This document shows, piece after piece, positions 25,804-61,673 of a DNA stretch of 64,000 bases. The notes beneath the pieces were generated by a model. That model was not told the DNA's origin. It worked only from the letters and a program-made list of their open reading frames with translations, and did not search any database. The DNA lies in the NCBI GenBank assembly GCA_002269645.1, contig NIVC01000023.1, forward strand, positions 806,001-870,000, read 5' to 3'. Positions within the stretch are counted from its first letter, which is position 1, and each line of letters starts with the position of its first letter. Both the position numbers and the translations under genes were made by a program. This stretch comes from Macrostomum lignano (Eukaryota).

Positions 25804-26069
25804 TGTTTTTCAGCTACTGTTAAAAAAGGACAATAATTTTTATGTGCGCGAGCTTCTGTGCTGATTGCTAATTAGACAATTTTCATAGACAATAAATAGT
25901 CTGTCTGTCTGACTAACTGACATTCTTAGTTCATCAGAAGAAGCACATAAAAATTGGGCTGACGAATCATATGCCCGGTCAATATTTTAATTATACTTAT
26001 TATGCTTGCTAAATATTTTGTGCTTTTTCTACTTTGCCATGCCTAATTATCTGTCAATGTTGTCAGACC

Positions 26070-26680
26070 CCGTTCTATGAACCCTGTTCCCTATGATCTA
26101 TGAATCCCTATGATCTATGAACTCTGTTCCCTATGATCTATGAACTCTGTTTCCTATGATCTATGAACTCTGTCCCCTATGATCTATGAACCCTGTTCCC
26201 TATGATCTATGAACTCTGTCCCCTATGATCTATGAACCCTGTTCCCTATGATCTATGAACTCTGTCCCCTATGATCTATGAACTCTGTTTCCTATGATCT
26301 ATGAACTCTGTCCCCTATGATCTATGAACTCTGTTTCCTATGATCTATGAACTCTGTTTCCTATGATCTATGAACTCTGTCCCCTATGATCTATGAACTC
26401 TGTCCCCTATGATCTATGAGCTCTGTTCCCTATGATCTATGAACTCTGTTTCCTATGATCTATGAACTCTGTCCCCTATGATCTATGAACTCTGTTTCCT
26501 ATGATCTATGAGCTCTGTTCCCTATGATCTATGAGCTCTGTTCCCTAAACTCTGTTCCCTATGATCTATGAGCTCTGTTCCCTAAACTCTGTTCCCTATG
26601 ATCTATGGTCTTTGTTCTAAGATCCATGAACTCTGTTCCCTATGATCTATGGTCTTTGTTCTAAGATCCATGAACTCTGT
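26070..26680. repeat. 23-bp minisatellite downstream of the NKRF-like stop
   Basis: CTATGATCTATGAACTCTGT(T/C)CC units. Confidence 0.95.
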
Positions 26681-27394
26681 TGTGCGTTTAGACTTGAGGT
26701 CTATTAGCAGTTTGCAACCAACTTTATTCGTCTAACTCGGTTCATTATAATCATATTCCATCTATCAGCTAGCAATTTCCTGTATTTATATTGTACTAAA
26801 CATGGCGTCTTATTTGTACAAATATTGCATGCAAATTACAGGATAGCTGCGAGTGAACTTTAATGTGTTCTCACCATCTGTTAGTCTTAGTTAAAAGTAT
26901 TGTAGTTGATGCAGCTCAGCTGTCTCGCTGAATTTTGTATTGTAAAACCAAATTGCACTTAAAATCAAGCAACTATTGGGTCAGTGCAGTCAATTTGAAT
27001 GTCAGCGCGAAAGGGTGCAAATAACTAATAATAATAATAATAATAATAACTAATCAATCTGATTGTTTTTGGTTGCAAAGTGACGGATAAAAAACACACA
27101 AACAAGACTTGACTTGACTTTCTTTAAATCTTTTTATTTTCGACAATCGGATGTAACGCTAGTTTAAGGCAACGAATCCACCCTTGCGAGCTTACTGATT
27201 GCTTCTTTAAAACAGAAAGAGCAATTTTTATAAACAACTCTGAAATTACTCTAAACTGTGCCCAAAACCTGTCAGAGACAACTCGTAAGACTTATCATGA
27301 ACAGCTTCTAAGGATTGACCAAAATATTTCGAGAAAATATGTTCTGAAACAGCCGTAACTACCCTAAACAATTTCTCGAAGAATCCCTAAAGAG

Positions 27395-28470
27395 CCTTTT
27401 AAAGAATCGCCCTGAGCAGCTTTTCTAAGAATCGCCCTGAGCAGCATTTTTAAGAAAAGCCCTAAACAGCTTTTCTAAGAATCGCCCTGAACAGCTTTTT
27501 AAAAAATCGCCCTGAACACCCGAGAATCGCCCTGAACAGCTTCTGAAATAATCGCCCTGAACACCCGAGAATCGCCCTGAACAGCTTCTCAAATAATCGC
27601 CCTGAACACCCGAGAATCGCCCTGAACAGCTTCTGAAATAATCGCCCTGAACACCCGAGAATCGCCCTGAACAGCTTCTCAAATAATCGCCCTGAACAGC
27701 TTCTCAAATAATCGACCTGAACACCCGAGAATCGCCCTGAACAGCTTCTCAAATAATCGACCTGAACACCCGAGAATCGCCCTGAACAGCTTCTCAAATA
27801 ATCGCCCTGAACACCCGAGAATCGCCCTGAACAGCTTCTGAAATAATCGCCCTGAACACCCGAGAATCGCCCTGAACAGCTTCTCAAATAATCGCCCTGA
27901 ACAGCTTCTCAAATAATCGACCTGAACACCCGAGAATCGCCCTGAACAGCTTCTCAAATAATCGCCCTGAACACCCGAGAATCGCCCTAAACAGCTTCTC
28001 AAATAATCGACCTGAACACCCGAGAATCGCCCTAAACAGCTTCTCAAATAATCGCCCTGAACACCCGAGAATCGCCCTGAACAGCTTCTGAAATAATCGA
28101 CCTGAACACCCGAGAATCGCACTGAACAGCTTCTGAAATAATCGCCCTGAACACCCGAGAATCGCCCTGAACAGCTTCTGAAATAATCGCCCTGAACACC
28201 CGAGAATCGCCCTGAACAGCTTCTCAAATAATCGCCCTGAACACCCGAGAATCGCCCTGAACAGCTTCTCAAATAATCGACCTGAACACCCGAGAATCGC
28301 CCTGAACAGCTTCTCAAATAATCGCCCTGAACACCCGAGAATCGCCCTGAACAGCTTCTCAAATAATCGCCCTGAACACCCGAGAATCGCCCTGAACAGC
28401 TTCTCAAATAATCGCCCTGAACAGCTTCTCAAATAATCGACCTGAACACCCGAGAATCGCACTGAACAGC
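27395..28470. repeat. 45-bp dimeric minisatellite (20-bp + 25-bp subunits) upstream of TDP1
   Basis: AATCGCCCTGAACACCCGAG alternating with AATCGCCCTGAACAGCTTCTCAAAT. Confidence 0.95.
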
Positions 28471-28668
28471 TAAGAAATCTAAGCAATTCTGGTTAACCAA
28501 ACCTTTTTCGAACAAATTAATCCAAAATATATTAACTATCGCAACTAGCTACTGAATTGGATATAAGTAATATAAGCAGCTTATACTTGTTCCAAATGAA
28601 TTTATGCGCTTGTTCGGTAAAAAGTTATAGAAATCCGTAAAAACTACTGATAATTAAAGCAGTCTTTC

Positions 28669-52909
<24,241 letters not shown>

Positions 52910-53154
52910 GATTGTCTTCTTCACTTTGAAACTGTCTGTTCCGACTCTAATGCTTTTAATTGCCTAAGTAGTAAAAATATAATCTTTTAAACCGGCTTCG
53001 ACTCTTTTAAAGTGGTTTAAAATTTCAGTCTTGACTTATGCATCCGTTTTATTTATTTGATTCAAGATTGGAGTTTTTTGTAGCTATAATAAATTCAAAT
53101 ATAACATCTATCTATGCTCCTAAGGTGACATCACAGCCATTTTGCTATCCTATC

Positions 53155-53520
53155 TTCTAAATGTACATCGCTGCTGCTATCATTCTGCCCTCTCTCTCTC
53201 TCTCTCTCTCTCCTAAATGTACATCGCTGCTGCTATCATTCTGCCCTCTCTCTCTCTCTCCTAAATGTACATCGCTGCTGCTATCATTCTTCCTTCTCTC
53301 TCCTGAATATACATCGCTGCTATCATTCTGCCCTCTCTCTCTCCTAATGTACATCGATCGCTGCTATCATTCTTCTGTCTCTTCTTAACGTACATCGATC
53401 GCTGCTATTCTTCTGCCCTCTCTCTTCTAAATGTACATCGCTGCTATCGTTCTGCTCTGTCTCTTCTTAATGTACATCACTGATTCACAGCTATCTTTCT
53501 ACCCTAATATCCTAAATGTA
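53155..53520. repeat. ~40-55-bp degenerate repeat downstream of the TDP1 stop
   Basis: CTAAATGTACATCGCTGCTGCTATCATTCTGCCCTCTCT.. units. Confidence 0.85.
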
Positions 53521-54937
53521 CGTTAGTAACCTTTTTTCTACCTTGCCTCGAATTTACACCGCAGCTGACGTTTCAGAGGGTTTTTATACGAAAACTGTGT
53601 TATTATTTAGTCAAACAAAAAGCATCCCTGATAAAATTGTTATTAACGATTCCGTCTGCAGCTGAAGTAGCCATACACTTATTTACTATTATTCAGCAAA
53701 CGAATTCTCGCCTCTCCACTTCTATGTAAGTGCGGTCCCTATAGCAACTCTTCCCTTGAAGCCTCTGCTCCCTCATCTCGATGCTTCAAGCCTCAAAAAA
53801 AGAATCATTTACCTTGCCCGTGGTTGCCCTAAGCAACTCCCGTTTGCCTTGGGAATTCTCGCGCCGTTGTTGCTCCATAGTAATTCTCTTCTATCCCTTC
53901 TGCCCTCAGCTTCCCTTTGTGTTTGCATATGACTCTGACTTGCAGCGGTTTTCTCCTGTAGACGCCGCCTTCTTCGCCCCAAGACGCGAAATTATGTGGT
54001 AGTGGAAAGCTGGCTTGCTCTGAGTAATAGTCTGAGTTCTCTGCTAATACGAGAAATTATTTTTCTCATATTATAATTATTGTGTCAACTTTTGCCTCGC
54101 CGGGCAGGTTTCTTTTCCCTTCACGGATTGCGGAGTTAGTTAGCTGCTTTGGCCTACTGGCTATAGAGCTATAGGAGCCATTTCCGTTTAAACAGGACAC
54201 CTGCGCGTGCTGCAATAGGCTCCGATGCGGTGGATCCCCGTAGCCATGCGAAAGCTTTTAGTTTGTCAAAAAATGGAGGCTAAGACATTATGGTAGAAAC
54301 GTCGCTCACTGATGCAGCTGACTTGTGCACTTTTATTTTTTGCCTTTATATTTAAAACCGAAAAAATGACTACATGTTGTAAATAAATGGTGCGTGAAAA
54401 ACCAATTCAACAGATGTCCCCTGCAGAAGAGGCTTTTGATTTTCACTGACTCCTGTTTTGACACCAATTCTCCCTACTGACAGAGAATTTATACAGATGT
54501 CTTCTGTCGGATATGCAGTCTAGCCTAGAGAACAAGGAGTCAGTTACAATGGTGATCTGGTTTTGGGACACCCGTTAGATAATATATTATTACACGGATA
54601 TCATATGTTAATGGGTCGACACATCTATAAAGCTAAATGGACAATTTCGGTAGCTAGGAGGCCGGAACTCGCTGATTTCACTGCAAATTGTATTATCTAG
54701 ATAAAGTTGGATCTGGAATCTGTGAGAGCAAGTGCTCAGAACTGAGAAATAGGTCGGCCAGAGCGTGCCGCTGACCTGACTCAAGAAAAATGCGAGCAAA
54801 TAAATGCTCTCAGTTTTGTCTATGGTAAGAATGTGGGGGCGAAACCCCCACACACCCATCCCCAACTTCAACCATAGACATAAAAGTATGGCTCCGGGAT
54901 TTATCTGAATACATCCTGCAAAATTAAAGTAGTTTAA

Positions 54938-55041
54938 ATAAGATATTCTATGGGTTTGAGGTCGGTATTTCACTTGAATCCCTCGCCTTCGGCTCTCAGG
55001 ATTTAATCACACACCGACCTCAAACCCATAGAATATCTTAT
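54938..55041. mobile_element. 104-bp hairpin MITE-like element
   Basis: 29-bp perfect inverted repeat ATAAGATATTCTATGGGTTTGAGGTCGGT / ACCGACCTCAAACCCATAGAATATCTTAT; it abuts and truncates the left TIR of the next element. Confidence 0.7.
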
Positions 55042-55231
55042 AACCCATTTGGGCTTACGCGCATTTAATTTAATCCAAGACAAGGAAAACTTGACTAAGT
55101 TGTCCTTGATCCAAGATACGTTTACCAGTGTAACGGAGCTTTTGTCTATGGTAGCAAGGCTGGCATAGCGGCATTTAATTTGGTCCATAGCTTCATTTGC
55201 AACTGCTGCGGAGGAGCAACATCTGCCCCAG

Positions 55232-56078
55232 AGGCCAATTTTATAAACACTCTAATTTATGTCAGCTACCCATAGATTAATTATCCGTGGATTTTATCTG
55301 TGGCAAAAAACTCGATTTTATAAACCACTGCTAAAATCCTTTTCTGTTTATCCGCTGTTACAATCCGTGGTTAGACAAGTTGTGCCATAGACTAGTGTAT
55401 TTCGCTTCTTTGTCCGCACTGCATTCATATTTCCACAGCTAAAAAGACAGGTTGAAAAAAAGATCCAATTTCTTTTGGGGGCCAATTTAATTAACAATCT
55501 AATCCATGTCAGCTACTCCGTTCATTCATAACCCTTGTGACTTTCCGAACGAATTGACACGCAAAAGCTTTTTAGATGGTCCATGTGGGCATCTCTTAAC
55601 AGATGTATTATAGAAGCCATTGGTGGCGTAATAAGTGTCGTTAAAAGCTGTTGTTCTCTTGGGGATAACGCACAGTTTCGCCTGCTTGCCGGTGCCAGTT
55701 GTTCTCCAATTTGCGGCAGCAGCGCTTCTGCAGTAGCGGGATTTACCCGAAAGCGTTGTTTAAAATCCGCGTTGACAAGAAAGTTCCTCCTTTCCAAAAA
55801 AAACACGCGGAGATTGGTGTTGTTCTGCATTTAGCAGCCCATGTATGCGTAAAAATCCATGTCAGACTTGGATAGCGGTTAGTTGGTAAAATATCTATGC
55901 CAACTAGCCGTCTGATAGCTTTATAAAACCGATTTTGGGTCTCCCGACTGGCATTTCTGACCATAGACTATCGATTTTTGATCTTGGTTAGCTACCAGTG
56001 TGTTTATAAAACCGCATATGTCTTTTAGCCGTTACCCGTGGCTGAATATCTGTTATCTATGCTTTATAAAATTGGCCC
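55232..56078 (-). mobile_element. PIF/Harbinger (ISL2EU/HARBI1-like) internally deleted element
   Basis: TIR GGCCAATTTTATAAA at both ends. Minus-strand relic DFKQRFRVNPATAEALLPQIGEQLAPASRRNCALSPREQQLLTTL is a Harbinger transposase N-terminus. TSD not cleanly resolved. Confidence 0.75.
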
Positions 56079-56619
56079 TATAATTGTGGACCATATGCTG
56101 GGCTGTTGAACCAATGACATTGGCTTGTGATCGAAGCACTCGACAGAGGTGAACACTCAAAGGACATTGCAAGGTTGCTGAATGTAAAATAAAAGATGCT
56201 TTACAGCATCCAGCAGCGCGTTAAAACTCTACCGGCAGAGGTCGCCTGCGAAAGGGTGGCAATCGCCAAGACAAGTTGTCAGAGCCTCAGGTCCAGCTGC
56301 TACTCGATTCAGTTGAGACGAAGCCTTTGTTGACTTTGCCGAGATGCAGCAGAAGTTGAAGGAACAGCTCCAGTTGGTTATCAGATTTCGACTATCAGCT
56401 GAGCTCTGGAAAAGCGACTGGAAATTGTTGGTAGAGACGCTGACATTCAAGCGGCACTCAAAACAACCCACAGACGGTTGTTGCGAGAAGGCAAGAGTTC
56501 GACGAATGGCTCACGAGCGTTTGGACCAATCTGATGCCGCTGTGCCAGCCTTGCTACCATAGACAAAAGCTCCATTACACTGGCAAACGTATCTTGGGTT
56601 AAATTCAATGCGCGTAAGC

Positions 56620-57702
56620 CATGGATGAATAATATACCTTTTTACGTTCTATTTGATAAAAACCGCAACCAATTTGGCCACGGCTCAGCCTGACCATAGA
56701 CATAGAATTTTCCATAGACAGCCACCGCCAGCGGCAACCAATTTGGTAAAAACTGCGAGCTATTTTGCCAGCTTGAAGATAGCAGCTGCTCTGATGGCGA
56801 ATCGTGGGCCGTACCAAAAGATAAGTCAGCTGGATCGAGAGCGAATCGTGAGAGCGTACAGGAGTGGCGACGACTGGGGAGAGCTTGGCAGAATGATGGG
56901 GATGAAGAAACCGACAGTGAGGAACATCGTGACCACGTATGAACGAACTGGTAGAGTTGGCACTCTGCCAAAAGGAGGAGTGAAGAGGATGGCGCTGACG
57001 GAGGCTATGGTGGACACCATTGTTCAATTCGTCGAAGGTCAACCTACTGCCTCTCACGCCTCTCAAGTGCCTGCGCTGGATCAACCATTCCCAGACGTAC
57101 TTCAATCGGTGCTTGAATGCTGAGGACATAATGTTCTGACTTCGTGCATGTATTGTTAACATTCTTTATCGTTATTGTTATGCTATTGAGCTGCTATCTT
57201 CAAGCTGGCAAAATAGCTCGCAGTTTTTACCAAATTGGTTGCCGCTAGCGGTGGCTGTCTATAGAAAATTGCTGCGGCTGCGTCAGGCTGAGCCGTGGCC
57301 AAATTGGTTGCAGTTTTTATCAAATAGAACGTAAAAAGGTATATAACTGAATCGCCAGAAGCTGGATTTCTTTGGTTCTAGCCAAAAACAAGCACCAGCA
57401 TCACAAGAAGCTCAGAATGTCGTACTTTCACCCTGCATATATTGCGAGCATGTGCTTGGACATAAAATAGAATACTTATAAATAATCCATAGAAATAAAG
57501 ACTTTCCGTGACAATATTTGCGTTCTCCGGGATTTTATTTGGTAATATTCAATAATATCCCATAAAGGTTTGCAGCTTCTGCAGCGGCTATTTGTCTATG
57601 TGTGAAAGTACGGCATTCTGAGCTTCTTGTGATGCTGGTGCTTGTCTATGGCAAGGACCAAAAAAATCCAGCTTCTGGCGATCCAGTTATTATTCATCCA
57701 TG
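56620..57702. mobile_element. P-element-like MITE (CATGGATGAATAA termini, 8-bp TSD GCGTAAGC)
   Basis: TSD at 56612-56619 and 57703-57710, inside the right TIR of the host element. Terminal CATGGATGAATAATA is inverted at both ends. Long internal inverted repeat 57344-57430 / 57600-57689. Confidence 0.8.
56633..57343 (+). mobile_element. IS630/Tc1-like deletion derivative, family 2 (~150-bp TIRs) with open HTH ORF 56794-57123
   Basis: TATACCTTTTTACG.. is inverted as ..CGTAAAAAGGTATA. ORF MANRGPYQKISQLDRERIVRAYRSGDDWGELGRMMGMKKPTVRNIVTTYERTGRVGTLPKGG is a Tc1/IS630 paired-like HTH. The C-terminal tail CLRWINHSQTYFNRCLNAEDI is in another frame. DDE core deleted. Confidence 0.8.
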
Positions 57703-57999
57703 GCGTAAGCCCGAATGCGCTGCAAACAGCCATATTTTCGACATCAACGCGTGAAGCAGACTCCAGTGAACAATTTCTAGATTCACGAGTCTAGTTAACT
57801 ACTATAGTATGGGATAAAGAAAGATTTTTAAAAAGTTAACTGGGTGTTTGCCAGGGTATAACCAGAGACTAATCTAACAACGAACGAGTCTTATAAGAAC
57901 AAATGAACTGTCACCACAACTTCTACATGTACAACTGACCGAGTATTGTCTTGAGTTTAATTATGAATCAGACCAACTTTATGCAAACCGTCTATCGGT

Positions 58000-59188
58000 T
58001 CATCGGGGCAGCAGCTCGACAGCTTCTCTTTCATCCGTGCCGACGCCGCCTCCGCCTCCGACGCGTTGAGCAGGATTGACGCAATCTGAGTCTTCTTCGA
58101 TGTTGTCAGCCAGTTCTTCAGGAGAAGCGGCGGTGGCAGCGGCGGTGGCGGCGTCGGCGGTCGGTCCAGCTGCAGCAGCAGCAGCTTGGCCCTGTCGGAT
58201 CCTCAGCAGTCGAAATGCTTCAGCCTTGAAGGTCTGTCCAGCCAGACAGTAGAGCAGGAAGTGGATGGCGTAGTTCAGGTTGAACAGGCCGTACACAAAG
58301 ATCTGGATGGCGTAGACCACATTGGTCAGTAGCGGGTGCTCCATAATCTCTTGTCGATGCTCCTTGAGCACGGCGAGCAGTATTAGGTAGGGCAGTGAGG
58401 AGAGCAGATAGAAAAAGTTGACGCACATCAGCATCTTGGTGAGGCTGCCGCCCTCCTTCCTGTTGCTGCGACCTTTGTGCAAGTTCTTCTCTCGTTTGGC
58501 CTTCAGCCGGTGCAGCTGGCGTATTATGATCAGATTAGCCGTCAGCATGACCAGAAAGGGCCAATTGTGATCAGAGACGGATCAATATAGGTCACGTAGG
58601 TGTCCCTGATGAATGTATCGTTGATAGTGCAAGCAAAGACCATTGGGTCGCGCTTGGTCGGTCGTAGCACGGAGTACCACAGGTGTCTGGCGTTGATGCA
58701 GCTAATTAGTAGGACAATCAACAGTACAACCAGCGCCGCCCGCTTGATGGTGCACAACTGCCTGGCTTTGAAGGGCCAACGGACCCAAATCATGCGATCT
58801 ACGGTGACAGCGACCAGCACCCAGGCGCTGATCTGGCAGATTGAATAATTCAGAAATAGTTGAGCCTTGCACAGCAGGTGGTGAGCATCTCGAAGCTGGC
58901 GCTCGTCCTTGTAAACAATCGCTGACAGAGCCTTCATAGACGGCCCAATCAACAGGACGAGAATGTCCACAGCGGCGAGTACAGTAAAGTAGAAAGCTGT
59001 GCTGGTTCGTCGAAGGTTCGGCTCTCGAAGTACTCGAACGGTGAGCGCATTGCCGCCGAGGCCAAACAGAGCGATCACAACAGTGAGGCTGATGTCAAGG
59101 ATCACCAGCTCGCGACGGAACAGGCCGTTGTCGACGCTGATATGCGAGTAATTCAACAAAGGAGAAAGATTATGATGAGTAATGACTT
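58000..59188 (-). CDS. Class A (rhodopsin-like) peptide-receptor-type GPCR with one frameshift at ~58555 (pseudogene or assembly indel)
   Basis: TM1 GLGGNALTV, TM2 LAAVDILV, TM3 AWVLVAVTVDRM, TM6 FFYLLSSLPY, TM7 NYAIHFLLYCLAG. Split into ORFs 58542-59159 and 58000-58548 by a missing base in ATTGG(G)CCC. The exon begins at acceptor CTCACAG (59189), so the start exon was not found. Confidence 0.85.
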
Positions 59189-59196
59189 CTGTGAGT

Positions 59197-59982
59197 CATG
59201 GCGCCTGTGTGTTACACTGACTGTATAGATTATGGCGCCAGTCTATTACACTGACTGTATAGATTATGGCGCCAGTCTATTACACTGACTGTATAGATTA
59301 TGGCGCCTGTGTGCGCCTGTGTGTTACACTGACTGTATAGATTATGGCGCCTGTGTGCGCCTGTGTGTTACACTGACTGTATAGATTATGGCGCCAGTCT
59401 ATTACACTGACTGTATAGATTATGGCGCCTGTGTGCGCCTGTGTGTTACACTGACTGTATAGATTATGGCGCCTGTGTGTTACACTGACTGTATAGATTA
59501 TGGCGCCTGTGTGTTACACTGACTGTATAGATTATGGCGCCTGTGTGTTACACTGACTGTATAGATTATGGCGCCTGTGTGTTACACTGACTGTATAGAT
59601 TATGGCGCCTGTGTGTTACACTGACTGTATAGATTATGGCGCCTGTGTGTTACACTGACTGTATAGATTATGGCGCCTGTGTGTTACACTGACTGTATAG
59701 ATTATGGCGCCTGTGTGTTACACTGACTGTATAGATTATGGCGCCTGTGTGTTACACTGACTGTATAGATTATGGCGCCTGTGTGTTACACTGACTGTAT
59801 AGATTATGGCGCCTGTGTGTTACACTGACTGTATAGATTATGGCGCCTGTGTGTTACACTGACTGTATAGATTATGGCGCCTGTGTGTTACACTGACTGT
59901 ATAGATTATGGCGCCTGTGTGTTACACTGACTGTATAGATTATGGCGCCTGTGTGTTACACTGACTGTATAGATTATGGCGC
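59197..59982. repeat. 34-bp minisatellite abutting the GPCR acceptor
   Basis: GGCGCCTGTGTGTTACACTGACTGTATAGATTAT units. Confidence 0.97.
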
Positions 59983-60399
59983 TGGTTAGAAGTTAAATGC
60001 CTTCCAGCTTACCTAGTTGAATTCGAGGCATTTGTGGCAGTTTGTTCGTCCATGGCTTCAAGGTCTTCGGCTGTCAGTACGCTTAAGATAGAGTTTTAAT
60101 GCTGACTTTCTGCTTTTGAGGGCTGGATTTTTCTTAGCTAGCAATCGGTCTGCAGGACTTAAGAAATCCTGGGGAGAAGCAAGACACGTCTCGAAGAAGT
60201 ATTCATTAGTTGGGGAAAAAGCGATTTCCATTGGTTGCTGGGGGAGTTTAATCCTGAACAAATAAATACTCGGGCATGCTACGAAATAGCCTACTGGACA
60301 AATAGTAGGCAGTAACGAAATTTTATTGCCCAAGACTTGCCGCGTGAGGGCTATTTTGAATCTGTATTTTCTTTTTTTTGACTTTATTGCGTCATACTC

Positions 60400-61000
60400 T
60401 ATCCACTGCACGGCCCAGAATTATCCACTGCACGGCCCAGAATTATCCACTGCACGGCCCAGAATTATCCACTGCACGGCCCAGAATTATCCACTGCACG
60501 GCCCACAATTATCCACTGCACGGCCCAGAATTATCCACTGCACGGCCCAGAATTATCCACTGCACGGCCCAGAATTATCCACTGCACGGCCCAGAATTAT
60601 CCACTGCACGGCCCAGAATTATCCACTGCACGGCCCAGAATTATCCACTGCACGGCCCAGAATTATCCACTGCACGGCCCAGAATTATCCACTGCACGGC
60701 CCAGAATTATCGACTGCACGGCCCAGAATTATCCACTGCACGGCCCAGAATTATCCACTGCACGGCCCACAATTATCCACTGTACGGCCCACAATTATCC
60801 ACTGCACGGCCCAGAATTATCCACTGCACGGCCCAGAATTATCCACTGCACGGCCCACAATTATCCACTGTACGGCCCACAATTATCCACTGCACGGCCC
60901 AGAATTATCCACTGCACGGCCCTTAATTATCCACTGCACGGCCCAGAATTATCCACTGCACGGCCCTTAATTATCCACTGCACGGCCTTTATCTACTGTG
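60400..61000. repeat. 22-bp minisatellite
   Basis: CCACTGCACGGCCCAGAATTAT units. Confidence 0.97.
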
Positions 61001-61399
61001 CGAAGTGGTGAGTACTTTATTGCGAGTACAACATATTGGGTACACCTGCACTCAACACCTCCAACCCCTCTAGTTGTCTCAGAAAGCCTAAAACGACCTC
61101 TCTCCCAGATACAAGGCGACAAGGCGCTGGTAATTCAGAGTCATTAGCGCAAAATCGTTACAATTTCAACAGAAAATTTCGACAATTCACTATTTGCGCA
61201 GCTCGCGAGAAATTCCACACAAATGCTAGGATCATAATTATTGATCATGCATTGATTATAACGGTTGAGAGGGCGTCTTGACAGCAAGAATTACAGTTTG
61301 TGTGATTACTATCAACAGATCAAGTGCGCAATAGAAACTTCCAACGCTATCAAATTAACTAATAGGTTGCGAATTACGTCCTACAGGCTGGTGTGCGCG

Positions 61400-61435
61400 C
61401 GCTGATTGGCTGAGATTTTGTTGGGCCAATCTAAC
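61400..61435. promoter_or_regulatory. Paired CCAAT boxes between the divergently oriented GPCR and peptidase genes
   Basis: CTGATTGGCT and GGCCAATC motifs ~250 bp upstream of ATG 61674. Confidence 0.3.
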
Positions 61436-61673
61436 AGCTTACGTTGATACGGCAGGCCAGAAATCCCTAGCTGCATGGGATCGTGTTGGTAGGACAGCCG
61501 TGTAAATTCAGACCAGCCTGGGTGCGCGGAAAGTTCGCATCGAGTTTCGTAAGGACGCCGAAGTGGCAGCCACTTGTACTTTGCTTTTTGTTTAATAGAG
61601 ACGAGCTTGCAGTTTTTTTAGCGCAATGAATCAACTTTCTGCTGTCTTTTAGTAGCAGAAACAGAAACTGGAC

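Larger units (their letters stand above)
55044..57732 (+). mobile_element. IS630/Tc1-like deletion derivative, family 1 copy 2, host to nested insertions
   Basis: TIR and HTH region are clearly homologous to 11908-12654 (CCCATTTGGGCTTACGCGC..; 56081-56520 matches 12075-12520). Interrupted at ~55232 and at 56620. Confidence 0.8.

Noticed and set aside
27425-28486. Minus-strand ORFs with RSCSGRFSGVQGDY repeats
   Set aside because: Products of the 45-bp dimeric satellite; no non-repeat coding context.
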